A DNA stretch of 64,000 nucleotides from an uncultured Gemmatimonadales bacterium (GTDB lineage: Bacteria > Gemmatimonadota > Gemmatimonadetes > Gemmatimonadales > GWC2-71-9), in contig CAWHFW010000005.1 in assembly GCA_963828735.1 (NCBI GenBank), positions 32,001-96,000 of the forward strand, in the 5' to 3' direction. Of this stretch, positions 17,957 to 26,944 are shown in pieces. Within the stretch, counting starts at the first letter, position 1, and every line of letters starts with the position of its first letter. The notes beneath the pieces were generated by a model that was not told the DNA's origin, searched no databases, and saw nothing but the letters and a program-made list of their open reading frames with translations. The position numbers and the translations under genes are program-made.

Positions 17957-18996
17957 CGGCTGATCGCCACGTCGGCGAGCGGCGAGACGCGGCGCCCCCG
18001 AAGCCCGAGCGGGATCCCGAACAGATAGCCGAGGCCGTAGGCGCCGTGCATCACCGGAAACACCAGCGGAAGTAGCGCCGCGGCGGGACGACGCGTGCGC
18101 CACCAGGTCGAGAGCGTGGCGGCCAGCAGCCCGACGGCGTAGGCCCCCGCGACCGCGCCCAGCGCCGGCCGACCGACCGTGGGCGCCACCCATGCCAGCA
18201 GCGCGGAGCCGGCCAGCGCCACCAGCAGGCCCGCCGGCACGAGCTGACGCACCGTCGGAATCTGGCCGAGCTTTCGGACCACGAGCGGTTTGTAATAGCC
18301 GTACTGGAAGTACATCCGCGCCAGCTTGCCGAGCGTCCCGCGCGCGAAGTAGTCGATCGCGAGGTCTGGAAGCAACAGTATCCTGCCGCCCGCGCGGATG
18401 ATGCGGCCGTTGAGCTCGTCGTCCTGATTGCGGGCCAGTTCCGGATCGAATACCCCGATCCTGTCGAACAGGGATCGGCGGAAGCAGCCGAACGGCACCG
18501 TGTCGACCCAGGTGGGGCCGTCGGCGCCCGTGCGAAAGCGCGCGTTGCCGACGCCGAACGGATGGGTCATGGCCAGCGCGATGGCCTCGGGCACGGGACC
18601 CGGTGCTCCGGGCAGCGTATGGAACCTGCCGCCCACGTTGTCCGCGCCCGTCGCGAGGAGGGTGTCGACCAGCCGCCGAATGTAGTCCGAGGGGTACTGT
18701 CCATGGGCGTCCATCCGGATGACGATCTCACCCCGCGTCTCGGCGATTCCGGTGTTGAGCGCCGCCGGCGTGACCTTCGACGGGTTGTCCAGCATGCGCA
18801 CCCGCGGCTCCCGCGAGGCGATCTCCAGGATGCGGTCGCGGGTCCCGTCGTCGCTCATGCCGTCCACCACCACGACCTGCAACAGGCCGGCCGGATAGTC
18901 GCAGCGGAGGATGGACCTGAGGCACGCCTCGATGTGGCGCCCCTCGTTGCGGCACGGCACGACGACGCTCACCGTGGGGAGCGCCGCCTCAACCAT
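17953..18996 (-). CDS. Glycosyltransferase family 2 (ExoA-like)
   Basis: VSVVVPCRNE, VVDGMSDDGT, RMDAH, RNQDDELN; C-terminal TM helices. Confidence 0.92.
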   Translation of the reverse strand: MVEAALPTVSVVVPCRNEGRHIEACLRSILRCDYPAGLLQVVVVDGMSDDGTRDRILEIASREPRVRMLDNPSKVTPAALNTGIAETRGEIVIRMDAHGQYPSDYIRRLVDTLLATGADNVGGRFHTLPGAPGPVPEAIALAMTHPFGVGNARFRTGADGPTWVDTVPFGCFRRSLFDRIGVFDPELARNQDDELNGRIIRAGGRILLLPDLAIDYFARGTLGKLARMYFQYGYYKPLVVRKLGQIPTVRQLVPAGLLVALAGSALLAWVAPTVGRPALGAVAGAYAVGLLAATLSTWWRTRRPAAALLPLVFPVMHGAYGLGYLFGIPLGLRGRRVSPLADVAISR

Positions 18997-20362
18997 CGGA
19001 CCGCCCCGTGACCGGCGCGGGCGTCGTGGCCACGGGCGCCGTGGTGGCCAGGGTATGGAACGCGCGGCGGACGGTCACGTAGGCGGCGGTGAGCCCGACG
19101 GCGGTGGTCCCGAGCATCCCGCTCGCGAACATGCCAAGGAACCCGTTGTGGATGAGATTCGTGGCGCCTTCGACGAGCGAAATGTGCAGATACCACACGA
19201 GCATCAGGATCGGCGTATCCCGCGCCGAGATGAACCGCCGCAGCAACCCCAGCCCGAAGGCGCCGAAGAACAGATAGACGATCACGCTCCGGAGGCCGAA
19301 ATCGGCCCAGGCGTACCCGACCAGGGTGGGCGCGTATACCGTGTCCAGGCGGCTCGAGTAGTTCTCTCGGATGAGGTAGCCGATGTCGCGGAACGGGTGC
19401 TCGGGCTTGCCGGGAAAGACCAGGTGCGGCACCCAGGCGATCAAGGTGTAGGCCAGCACGCGGCCGTGCATGAACAGGTCGGGTGAGGACGACTGCCGGT
19501 CGACCATCGTGGCGTAGCCGGCGTACACGCCGGCGCTTCCGAAGCGCGTCCCGAACGTCGAGAGTGCCTCGGCGGCCAGCTCGGGCCAGTCGGTGCGCAC
19601 GCCGGTCGACGTGCCCGGGAAGAACCGGAGCTGGGTCTTGATGCCGCTCGTCACCACGAGCATCGCCAGGAATGCGGCGACGAGGCGGGGACGCAGCCAT
19701 TGACGCCACGTCGTGGGGTTGAAGGCCACCGCCACGATGAAAAACACCAGGGCACCGCCCACGATGCCGGCCCGCGAGGAGGTCAGGAAGAACGCGAGCG
19801 CGGCCATCAGCACCGCGAGCGCGAACTGCCGGATCGGCCGGTGCTCGTATCCGGCCGACGCGATCGCGCAACCGAACATCGCGAGCTCGGTCCCCCAGTC
19901 CCAGAAGGTGCCGAGCTCGCGCTGCTCCACGTTGTAGGCGTAGATGTTGGCGAAGTATTCGGGAATGCTGTGGATGCCCTGCGAGCCCAGCGCCACCATC
20001 TTCATGCCGACGCCGAACACGAGGAGAAAGGAGCCCGCCCAGCGAAGCTGGCGAGCGTCGTCCTCCGAGAGGACGCGGCGCACCTTGGGCGGATTGGGCG
20101 ACACCACCAGCAGCCCGAGGCCGAAGCAGACGATGCCCAGGAGGTGGACGACTCCAGGCCAGATCCGGAGCGCCACCATGGCCTGGACTTCGGGTGAGCC
20201 GCCGGTGAGGACGAGCGCGATGCAGAGTCCCGCGAAGTCGGTCCCCACCACGACCGCGAGGAGCGCCATCCCGAGCCCCTCGAACGACGTGATACCCCGC
20301 CAGCGCGCGATCGCGATCAGGAGCGCGATGTTCCAGCCGGCGATGACGCTGTAGGCCAGCAC
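18989..20362 (-). CDS. wzy: Probable Wzy polysaccharide polymerase
   Basis: Roughly 10-12 hydrophobic segments, SSRAG motif, large loop with VPHLVFPGKP, WADFG; located in the cluster. Confidence 0.72.
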   Translation of the reverse strand: MLAYSVIAGWNIALLIAIARWRGITSFEGLGMALLAVVVGTDFAGLCIALVLTGGSPEVQAMVALRIWPGVVHLLGIVCFGLGLLVVSPNPPKVRRVLSEDDARQLRWAGSFLLVFGVGMKMVALGSQGIHSIPEYFANIYAYNVEQRELGTFWDWGTELAMFGCAIASAGYEHRPIRQFALAVLMAALAFFLTSSRAGIVGGALVFFIVAVAFNPTTWRQWLRPRLVAAFLAMLVVTSGIKTQLRFFPGTSTGVRTDWPELAAEALSTFGTRFGSAGVYAGYATMVDRQSSSPDLFMHGRVLAYTLIAWVPHLVFPGKPEHPFRDIGYLIRENYSSRLDTVYAPTLVGYAWADFGLRSVIVYLFFGAFGLGLLRRFISARDTPILMLVWYLHISLVEGATNLIHNGFLGMFASGMLGTTAVGLTAAYVTVRRAFHTLATTAPVATTPAPVTGRSDG

Positions 20363-21487
20363 TCAGAGCTCCCGGTACACGTCGTCGATCTCCCGGAACA
20401 CGCGCGCCAGGTCGTACTTCACCGCAGCCTCCCGGGCATTGAACCGCCCCATGCGCTCGCGCAGCGCGGCATCGTCGGCGAGGCGCTCGATCGCCGCGAC
20501 GAGGCCCTCGACCGAGCGGGGCGGGATGACGATTCCGTTCGATTCCCCGACGACCTCCGGGATCGATCCGACCGTGGTCGAAAGGATCGGGAGTCCCGCC
20601 GCCATCCCCTCCAGGATCGCGATCGGCTGCCCCTCCGCGTGGCTCGGCAGCGCGAACACGTCGCTGCCGTGGAGGAGCGCGACGCGCGACGCGTCGTCCA
20701 CCGCCCCGGCCAGGCTTACGTTCGCGAGTCGTCGCTCGGAGACGAGGGCCTGGAAGCGATCGAGCTCCCCGCCTCCGACAAAGATGAACCTGATCTCGGG
20801 CCGGCGCATCTGCAGTCGCTCGGCCGCCTCGAGCAGATCGAAGGTGCCTTTCCGCTCGCCGAGCGTCCCGAGCGCCACCACCCGGACGGTGGTGCCGTCG
20901 GAGTGCGCCCAGCCACCGGGCGGAGCCAACTCGGCGATGCGCACCCCGTTGAAGATGGCGTGGACGGGACGGCGGGTCATGCTGCGCAGCAGGTCGGCCA
21001 GGCCGGGGGACTGGACGATGTGAACGTCGGCCAGGTCGAGCGCTCGGCGCATCGCGGCGCGCACCGCCGTCCCCGAATCACGGTACAGGTCGTCGAACTG
21101 ACCGAGCAGGTGGAAGATGGTTCGGGCGCCGTGGCGGCGGGCGATCCGGATATGCACCGCGTTGCGGAAGAAGCCGTAGCCGGCCGTGGACAGCACGTGG
21201 ACGATGTCCACCGGCTCGCGACGGCAGATCCGGTCGAGCTCGACGAACTTCCGGCCGACGAACTCCAGCACGCGCGCGCTCGCGATGACGCCGTCTCGGC
21301 CCACGAAATTCCAGCCGAACGCCTCGGTGTTGACCTTGGGACGCAGGACCGACGGGACGTTGTCGGCGAGCAGGGTGAGCCGGTGTCGCTGGGCGAGGTC
21401 GGAGGCGAGGAGATCCTGCGCGTAGCGGGCCATGCCGCCCATCGGCGGCGGAGCCGGCCCCACGAGCACGATGCGCCGGGACGTCAG
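20363..21487 (-). CDS. Glycosyltransferase family 4 (start CTG 21487 or GTG 21469)
   Basis: GPAPPPMGG, IFNGV, RKGTFDL, LPSHAEGQPIAILEGMAAGLP. Confidence 0.9.
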   Translation of the reverse strand: MTSRRIVLVGPAPPPMGGMARYAQDLLASDLAQRHRLTLLADNVPSVLRPKVNTEAFGWNFVGRDGVIASARVLEFVGRKFVELDRICRREPVDIVHVLSTAGYGFFRNAVHIRIARRHGARTIFHLLGQFDDLYRDSGTAVRAAMRRALDLADVHIVQSPGLADLLRSMTRRPVHAIFNGVRIAELAPPGGWAHSDGTTVRVVALGTLGERKGTFDLLEAAERLQMRRPEIRFIFVGGGELDRFQALVSERRLANVSLAGAVDDASRVALLHGSDVFALPSHAEGQPIAILEGMAAGLPILSTTVGSIPEVVGESNGIVIPPRSVEGLVAAIERLADDAALRERMGRFNAREAAVKYDLARVFREIDDVYREL

Positions 21488-22722
21488 GCCCGGAACCGCT
21501 CCGCGACGTCGGCCACGGCGGCGATGACGGACTCGACGTCGTCGTCCGTCATGCGGGAATAGATCGGCAGGGACACCAGTCGGGGATACTCGGACTCGGC
21601 GACGGGGAACTGAGCCGGGGTGTAGCCGTACTTCATCGCGTAGAAGGGCTGGCGGTGCAGCGGGATGAAGTGGACGCTGGTCCCGATCTGACGCTCCTTG
21701 AGCTCCTCGATCACCCGGGCGCGGTCGATCCGCAGGCGCTCCAGGCGGAGGCGGATGGCGTAGAGGTGCCAGGCATGGCCGATCCCCGCCTGCACGACCG
21801 GCGCGTCGACGGCGTCCAACCCGGCGAACGCCGCGTCGTAGCGCGCCGCGATCCGCGCGCGCCCGTCCCGCATCTCGTGCAGCCGCCGGAGCTGGACCCG
21901 GCCGAGCGCGGCCGCCATGTCCGTCAGGTTGTACTTGAACCCGGCATCGGCCACCTCGTAGAACCAGCTCCCGCCGGCGGTGTAGCGCTTCCACGCGTCG
22001 CGCGTGATCCCGTGCAGCGCCATCATCCGCGCTCGCGCTGCCAGCGCGTCGTCGTCGGTCGTGAGCATCCCGCCTTCGCCCGTGGTAAGCGTCTTGGTGG
22101 CGTAGAAGCTGAACGCGCTCGGATACCCCATGGCGCCGACCAGCCGGTCGCCCACCGTGGCCGGGAGCGCATGGGCCGCGTCGTCCACCACGAAGAGGCC
22201 GTACTCCGAGGCGATCGCGCCGAGCCCCGCCATGTCGCACGGGTGGCCGCCGTAGTGGACCGGGATCAGCGCCCGGAGCCGGCCGCCGGTCTCGCGGTGC
22301 GTCCATTGCTCGCCGCGTCGCACATATTCGCGCTCGATGAGGGTGCGCACCGCCCCCGGATCCAGGTTGAGCGTCTCGGGGTCGACGTCCGCGAAGCGGG
22401 TGCGCGCCCCGAGGTACTCCACGACCTCGCCGGTGGCGGTGAAGGTGATCGTGCTCGTGAGCACCTCGTCACCGGGGCCGATGCCGGCCGCCTCGAGAGC
22501 GAGGTGGAGCGCCGCCGTGCACGAGTTCACCGCGACCGCGTGGCGCACGCGCAGGTACGCGGCGAACTCCCCCTCGAAGGCCTGGACCTCGGGCCCGGTC
22601 GTGATCCAGCCCGACCGGAGCACCCGGACCACCGCCTCCACTTCCTCGTCGCCCAGGTCGGGCAGCGCGAACGGGAGAAAGCTGCCGCGCCGCACGAGAG
22701 CGCCCGACGCGGCCACGGTCAC
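21484..22722 (-). CDS. DegT/DnrJ/EryC1/StrS PLP-dependent sugar aminotransferase (WlbF-like)
   Basis: SGWITTGP, NSCTAALHLAL, PVHYGG, DAAHAL, FSFYATKTLTTGEGG, GFKYNLTD. Confidence 0.95.
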   Translation of the reverse strand: MTVAASGALVRRGSFLPFALPDLGDEEVEAVVRVLRSGWITTGPEVQAFEGEFAAYLRVRHAVAVNSCTAALHLALEAAGIGPGDEVLTSTITFTATGEVVEYLGARTRFADVDPETLNLDPGAVRTLIEREYVRRGEQWTHRETGGRLRALIPVHYGGHPCDMAGLGAIASEYGLFVVDDAAHALPATVGDRLVGAMGYPSAFSFYATKTLTTGEGGMLTTDDDALAARARMMALHGITRDAWKRYTAGGSWFYEVADAGFKYNLTDMAAALGRVQLRRLHEMRDGRARIAARYDAAFAGLDAVDAPVVQAGIGHAWHLYAIRLRLERLRIDRARVIEELKERQIGTSVHFIPLHRQPFYAMKYGYTPAQFPVAESEYPRLVSLPIYSRMTDDDVESVIAAVADVAERFRA

Positions 22723-23780
22723 ACCTCGAGCGGCAGGGCGACCCGCCGGCCGTCCCGCGCGGAGATGTACGTGGCGATCAGAATCTCCAGCGAGTGCAGG
22801 CCCTCGCGCCCGTCGGTCTCCGGCATGGCCTCGCCGCGGAGGGACTTGATGACGTTGTCGTAGTAGAGTGGATGGCCGAAGCCGTAGACCGAGGTCGTGT
22901 CGTAGCTGGCCTGCTCGACGGACTGGTCGTCCGGGTCCTCGTCGGCGAATACCCAGTGCTCGATCTTGTTTACCGCCATGCCGCCCACGCGCACCGTTCC
23001 CTTCTCCCCGATGATCGTGATCGAGCCCTCGAGGTTCTTCGGGTAGGTCAGCATCGTGACGTTCATGCTGCCGAGCGCGCCCGTCCGCCAGCGGATGCTC
23101 ACGACGCCGGTGTCCTCGACCTGGATGTTGCGGGCGAGCGTCGCGGTATAGGCCTGGACGCTTTCGACCGGACCGATCAGCCAGTCGAGGAGGTCCACGT
23201 AGTGGCTCGCCTGATTCATGAAGGCGCCGCCGTCGAACTCCCAGGTGCCGCGCCAGGGCGCGCTGTCGTAGTAGGCCTGCGGGCGGGTCCAGAACACGTT
23301 GATGTTGACCATGTAGATCCGGCCGAACCGCTTCTTCTCCACCGCCCGCTTCACGAGCTGCAGCGTGGGGTTCCGCCGGTTCTGCTTGACCACGAACAGG
23401 TGAACGCCAGCCTGGTCGCAGGCCTGGACCATGCGCTTGCCATCCCGCCAGTGCGTGGCCATCGGCTTTTCGGTCATCACGTGGCGACCCGTCGCGGCCA
23501 CCTGGATCGCCTGGTCGGCATGGAGGCCGCTCGGAGTGCTCAGGATGATGATGTCGGGGTCGGAGCCGGCGAGCAATGCGTCCAGCGTGCGGAAACCTGG
23601 GGCCCCGGTCCGCGCCTCCGCCGGAGCGAGGGCTTCGGGGTCGATGTCACACACCGCGACCAGTTCGGCGCGCTCCTGGTGCCGCTCGAGGGCCTCGAAG
23701 TGGTTGGCGGAAATGCGGCCACACCCCACGAGGGCGAACCGGATCTTCCGATCCCGCACGAACGGTTTGGTAATGAACAT
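22719..23780 (-). CDS. Gfo/Idh/MocA oxidoreductase, WlbA/WbpB-like UDP-GlcNAcA 3-dehydrogenase
   Basis: ALVGCGRI, TPSGLH, EKPMA, VKQNRRN, WRGTWEFDGGAFMNQASHYVD. Start ATG 23780. Confidence 0.9.
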   Translation of the reverse strand: MFITKPFVRDRKIRFALVGCGRISANHFEALERHQERAELVAVCDIDPEALAPAEARTGAPGFRTLDALLAGSDPDIIILSTPSGLHADQAIQVAATGRHVMTEKPMATHWRDGKRMVQACDQAGVHLFVVKQNRRNPTLQLVKRAVEKKRFGRIYMVNINVFWTRPQAYYDSAPWRGTWEFDGGAFMNQASHYVDLLDWLIGPVESVQAYTATLARNIQVEDTGVVSIRWRTGALGSMNVTMLTYPKNLEGSITIIGEKGTVRVGGMAVNKIEHWVFADEDPDDQSVEQASYDTTSVYGFGHPLYYDNVIKSLRGEAMPETDGREGLHSLEILIATYISARDGRRVALPLEV

Positions 23781-23881
23781 GGGTGCCAAAGTATAAGCAG
23801 GACCGGTTCCTGCATGAAGTTGCGTGGTCCGGTGCAACAGCCCAAACTGGGGTCTGGCGCAACCGGGGGGGATTTGCCATA

Positions 23882-23899
23882 TTGTGAATAGTTTCACAA
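23882..23899. promoter_or_regulatory. Palindromic operator TTGTGAA-TAGT-TTCACAA (Rex consensus; also fits CRP-type TGTGA-N6-TCACA)
   Basis: Perfect 7-4-7 inverted repeat in an AT-rich patch of the divergent wlbA-like/aceA intergenic region. Confidence 0.75.
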
Positions 23900-23990
23900 A
23901 CCCTTCGCCCACCGCCCTCCGGTGTGGCCGAGACTTGCGGCGCCTCGCTTCCCGCGGCGGCGCCGCGATCCATTCGAAGGAGAGCGATCC

Positions 23991-25127
23991 ATGGCGACTG
24001 CTGCCACGACCCCGGTGTCCTCGAAGGTCTCCTACCCCGCCGAGGCGGTGAATCGCCTGTTCGCGCCGCCCGAGCGTGAGGTCCCGGCCGACAAGCTGCG
24101 CCGACTGCTTCACGAGGCGCGGGACCAGAAGTCGTTCCTTCATACGGCCGGTGCGTACGACGCCTTCACCGCCGCCATCATGACGACCCTCGGGTTCAAG
24201 ACGCTGTACGGCAGCGGATGGCAGCTGGCCGCGACTAAGAGCCTGTATCCCGACATCGGGATCTACCAGTCGCACCAGATGGTGGAGCTCGTCCTCGAGC
24301 TCAAGAAGGGCATCGAGGGCGCGCGGAACACGCGCTGGTACGACAGCGAGGGCAAGGACCTGATCGACGCGCCGCCCGCGTTCGTGGACATGGAGGCCGG
24401 GTTCGGCGGACCGACCCAGACCTTCACCCTGGCGACCGAGCTCATTCGCGTCGGGGCCGCCGGCGTGCACCTCGAGAACCAGGACCCCTCGAACCGCACC
24501 TGCGGCCACATCGTCAACGTCGGCAAGCAGAAGCGGAACAAGGTGCTGGTCACGCGGCAGCAGTGGCTGGCCAAGCTCAAGGCGATCAAGGCCGCCGCCG
24601 AGGCCACGGGCGTAAATGTCGTCGTCATCGCGCGGACGGACTCGATCGACGGCGCGCTCCCCGATCAGGACTCGGGCGGCGTGAAGATGGCGATCGAAGA
24701 TGCGTGGGAAGCCGCCGAGCTCGGCGTGGACGTGATCTGGCCGGAATTCAACAACACCGAGCTGGAGCAGCCGCACGAATTTTCCGAGGGCGTTCGCAAG
24801 TACTACCCCAACCAGATGCTGGGCTTCAACCTCTCGCCCTCGCTCTACTTCGGAAAGGCCAAGAAAGCCGGCACGCTGATCACCAACCAGCAGCTCGCCG
24901 ACCTTGGCTTCATCCTGCAATTTTCGACGCTGTTCAACTTCCGGACGGCAGGGATGGCGCTCGAGAAGGGACTGCGCAAGTTCCTGAAGAGCGGAATCGA
25001 GGCGCTCGCCGACCTCCAGATCGAGGAGGACGGCCAGGAGATCGCGCCGATCACGAAGATGCACCAGAAGTTTGCAGGGATGAACCGGTGGCTGATCCTG
25101 GAGCAGGTGCTGAGCAACGGGGAATAG
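23991..25127 (+). CDS. aceA: Isocitrate lyase (divergent active-site loop)
   Basis: LYGSGWQLAA, LYPD, VDMEAGFGG, HLENQ..RTCGH, IARTD, NLSPS, QFSTL, HQ. SD GAAGGAG precedes ATG 23991. Confidence 0.8.
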   Translation: MATAATTPVSSKVSYPAEAVNRLFAPPEREVPADKLRRLLHEARDQKSFLHTAGAYDAFTAAIMTTLGFKTLYGSGWQLAATKSLYPDIGIYQSHQMVELVLELKKGIEGARNTRWYDSEGKDLIDAPPAFVDMEAGFGGPTQTFTLATELIRVGAAGVHLENQDPSNRTCGHIVNVGKQKRNKVLVTRQQWLAKLKAIKAAAEATGVNVVVIARTDSIDGALPDQDSGGVKMAIEDAWEAAELGVDVIWPEFNNTELEQPHEFSEGVRKYYPNQMLGFNLSPSLYFGKAKKAGTLITNQQLADLGFILQFSTLFNFRTAGMALEKGLRKFLKSGIEALADLQIEEDGQEIAPITKMHQKFAGMNRWLILEQVLSNGE

Positions 25128-25147
25128 ACGGGAAGTAAGACCAACGA

Positions 25148-25184
25148 ACGGCGGGCCGTGCGCCACACGCGCACGGCCCGCCGT
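25148..25184. terminator. Hairpin, probable bidirectional terminator
   Basis: Perfect 16-bp stem ACGGCGGGCCGTGCGC/GCGCACGGCCCGCCGT with 5-nt loop between convergent genes. Confidence 0.75.
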
Positions 25185-25193
25185 CTCTTGTGG

Positions 25194-25347
25194 TCAGTTG
25201 CGGAGGTACCCAGGGCCCGGCGAAGGTGTCGCTGCCGCCGCTATCCGGCGAAGTCCTGGTGTTGTTCGGGGCGTTGTAGTTGCTGCAGCCCAGAGCGACG
25301 GCCAGCGTGCCGACGGTCAGCGCTGCAGCAGTCCAGTGGATTCGCAT
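25194..25347 (-). CDS. Small (~50 aa) putative lipoprotein, probably with a 1-nt insertion near 25223
   Basis: SD GAGGA; MRIHWTAAALTVGTLAVALG-C lipobox. Removing one base gives ...DTSPGPGYLRN* ending just before the terminator hairpin. Confidence 0.55.
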
Positions 25348-25420
25348 TCGACTGTCCTCGAATCCGTGGTGCTCTGCCGGCGTAGCCCCACGACCGGGCA
25401 GCAGCGGTGATCGCCATCAC

Positions 25421-26738
25421 TCAGCCGGCCGCCAAGCGCTCCTCGCCCCGACCTCCGATCACTTCGACGCCCTCCCGCTGCAGCCTCTGGATCTGCCAGC
25501 GGTCGAGCCGCACGTGGATGTCGAGCATGCCCTCGTTGGCCTCTCGCGAGAGGACCTCGCCCTCGCGGTAGAGGGCGGCCAGCCTCGCACCGTCGCTCAT
25601 GGGCAGACGCACCCGAACCGTCGGGCGGCCGGCGCGGTCCAGCTCGCGCAGGGTCGATTTCAGCGAAGCGATGCCGTCGGTCCGTTGGGTCGTCGTCGTG
25701 ATCGCGCCGGGATACAGTTCACGGACCCGCCCTGCGAAGCCGACCGGGTCGGGCACGGCGTCGATCTTGTTGAATACTGGGACGATCGGCCGGTCGGCGA
25801 GGTCGAGCTCGGCGAGCACCCGCTCGACCACGTGCATCTGGCCTTCCCAGTCGGGATGGCTGGCGTCGACGATATGGATCAGCGTGTCCGCCGCTCGCGC
25901 TTCCTCGAGCGTGGCCCGGAAGCTCGCGACCAGATGGTGTGGGAGCTTGCGGATGAACCCGACCGTATCCGTGACCCGCGCGCGATGTCCCTCGCCGAGA
26001 TCCACCTCGCGTGTCAGCGTGTCGAGCGTGGCGAAAAGCCGGTCCTCGACGAAGATCTCGTGCTGGCCGGAGAGGGCGCGCAGCAGGCTCGACTTGCCGG
26101 CGTTGGTGTAGCCGACGAGCGCGACGCTCAGCATCGGATCCCGGCCGGCGCGGAGGTTCTCGCGATGCCGCTCGACGCCCTTGAGCTTGGCCTTGAGCCC
26201 CTGAATGCGCTGCCGAATGATCCGTCGGTCGGTCTCGAGCTGGGTCTCGCCGGGTCCGCGGAGGCCGATGCCGCCGCGGATACGCGAGAGGTGGGTCCAC
26301 ATCCGGGTGAGACGCGGCAGCATGTACTGGAGCTGTGCCAGCTCGACCTGCAGCTTCGCCTCGTGACTGCGCGCCCGGGTGGAGAAGATGTCGAGGATCA
26401 CCTCGGGACGATCCATGACACGCACCTTGAGCTCGCGCTCGAGGTTGGCGCCCTGCACCGGGCGTCAGTTCCTCGTCGAAGATGACCAGCGTGGCGCCCG
26501 CTTCGGCGACTGCGCCGGCCACTTCCTCGACCTTGCCTTCGCCGATCAGCGTGGCGGGGTTGGGCGACGCGATCTGCTGGGACATCCGGCCGACGACCTC
26601 GGCGCCGGCGGTATCGACCAGGCGGGTGAGCTCCTCGAGATGCTCGGTGACGTGGCGCGCGTCACTCGATCCCTTGCGCGGCGCTGCGATAAGCACGGCG
26701 CGTTCGATCGGATCGCGAACTTGAATCAGTGTCCGAAT
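25421..26738 (-). CDS. hflX: GTPase HflX (1-nt frameshift near 26461; probable ATT start)
   Basis: N-terminal part in one frame (LEELTRLVDTAG..LIGEGKVEE..FDEELTP) continues in another (QGANLE..ILDIF..KLQVELAQLQY, GPGETQLE, GYTNAGKS, DTVGFI, NKID). Confidence 0.93.
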
Positions 26739-26918
26739 GACGTCTCCTCGGCGCGTCGCCTCATTGCCCGGTGGTCGGCCGAACGAGCCCGCTCACCTGA
26801 CTCAGCGGCGCACGGCCTTACCGCGTGAATGCTACCTGCTGGTCGCCGATCGGTGTCGCCACCGACGGCTGACCCTTCATCGGATGCGGTAGCTCGCAAC
26901 CCCGTCCCCCGGAATATA
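26739..26918 (-). promoter_or_regulatory. -10 box (TATATT, 26918-26913) and ~170-nt structured 5' leader of hflX
   Basis: Nested stems GCTACC/GGTAGC, GGTC/GACC, GCCG/CGGC and TCGGTG-GCGA-CACCGA (GNRA loop), then GGCCG/CGGCC with CCGCT/AGCGG. Confidence 0.55.
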
Positions 26919-26944
26919 GTTGACCGGACCATCGGACCAGACGA

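Noticed and set aside
11685..22306. Long N-terminal extensions on the ALDH, HAD phosphatase, methyltransferase and GT4 ORFs in the track
   Set aside because: Out-of-frame readings of the upstream genes; starts at the stop/start overlaps fit the family N-termini.
1..23780. Polysaccharide cluster as a recently acquired island
   Set aside because: By eye, GC and codon style match the core genes; no integrase, tRNA, IS or direct repeat at the visible boundary.
22719..25166. 815-aa ORF suggesting an N-terminally extended Gfo/Idh/MocA fusion
   Set aside because: The extension is the antisense of aceA plus intergenic DNA; the real start is ATG 23780.
26830..26893. hflX leader as hammerhead ribozyme, SRP RNA or SAM/ZTP riboswitch
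   Set aside because: CCGATGA and AGCAG give only a superficial resemblance; the required cores (CUGAUGA plus GAAA, SRP helix 8 geometry, SAM-I AUC/GAU) are not present.
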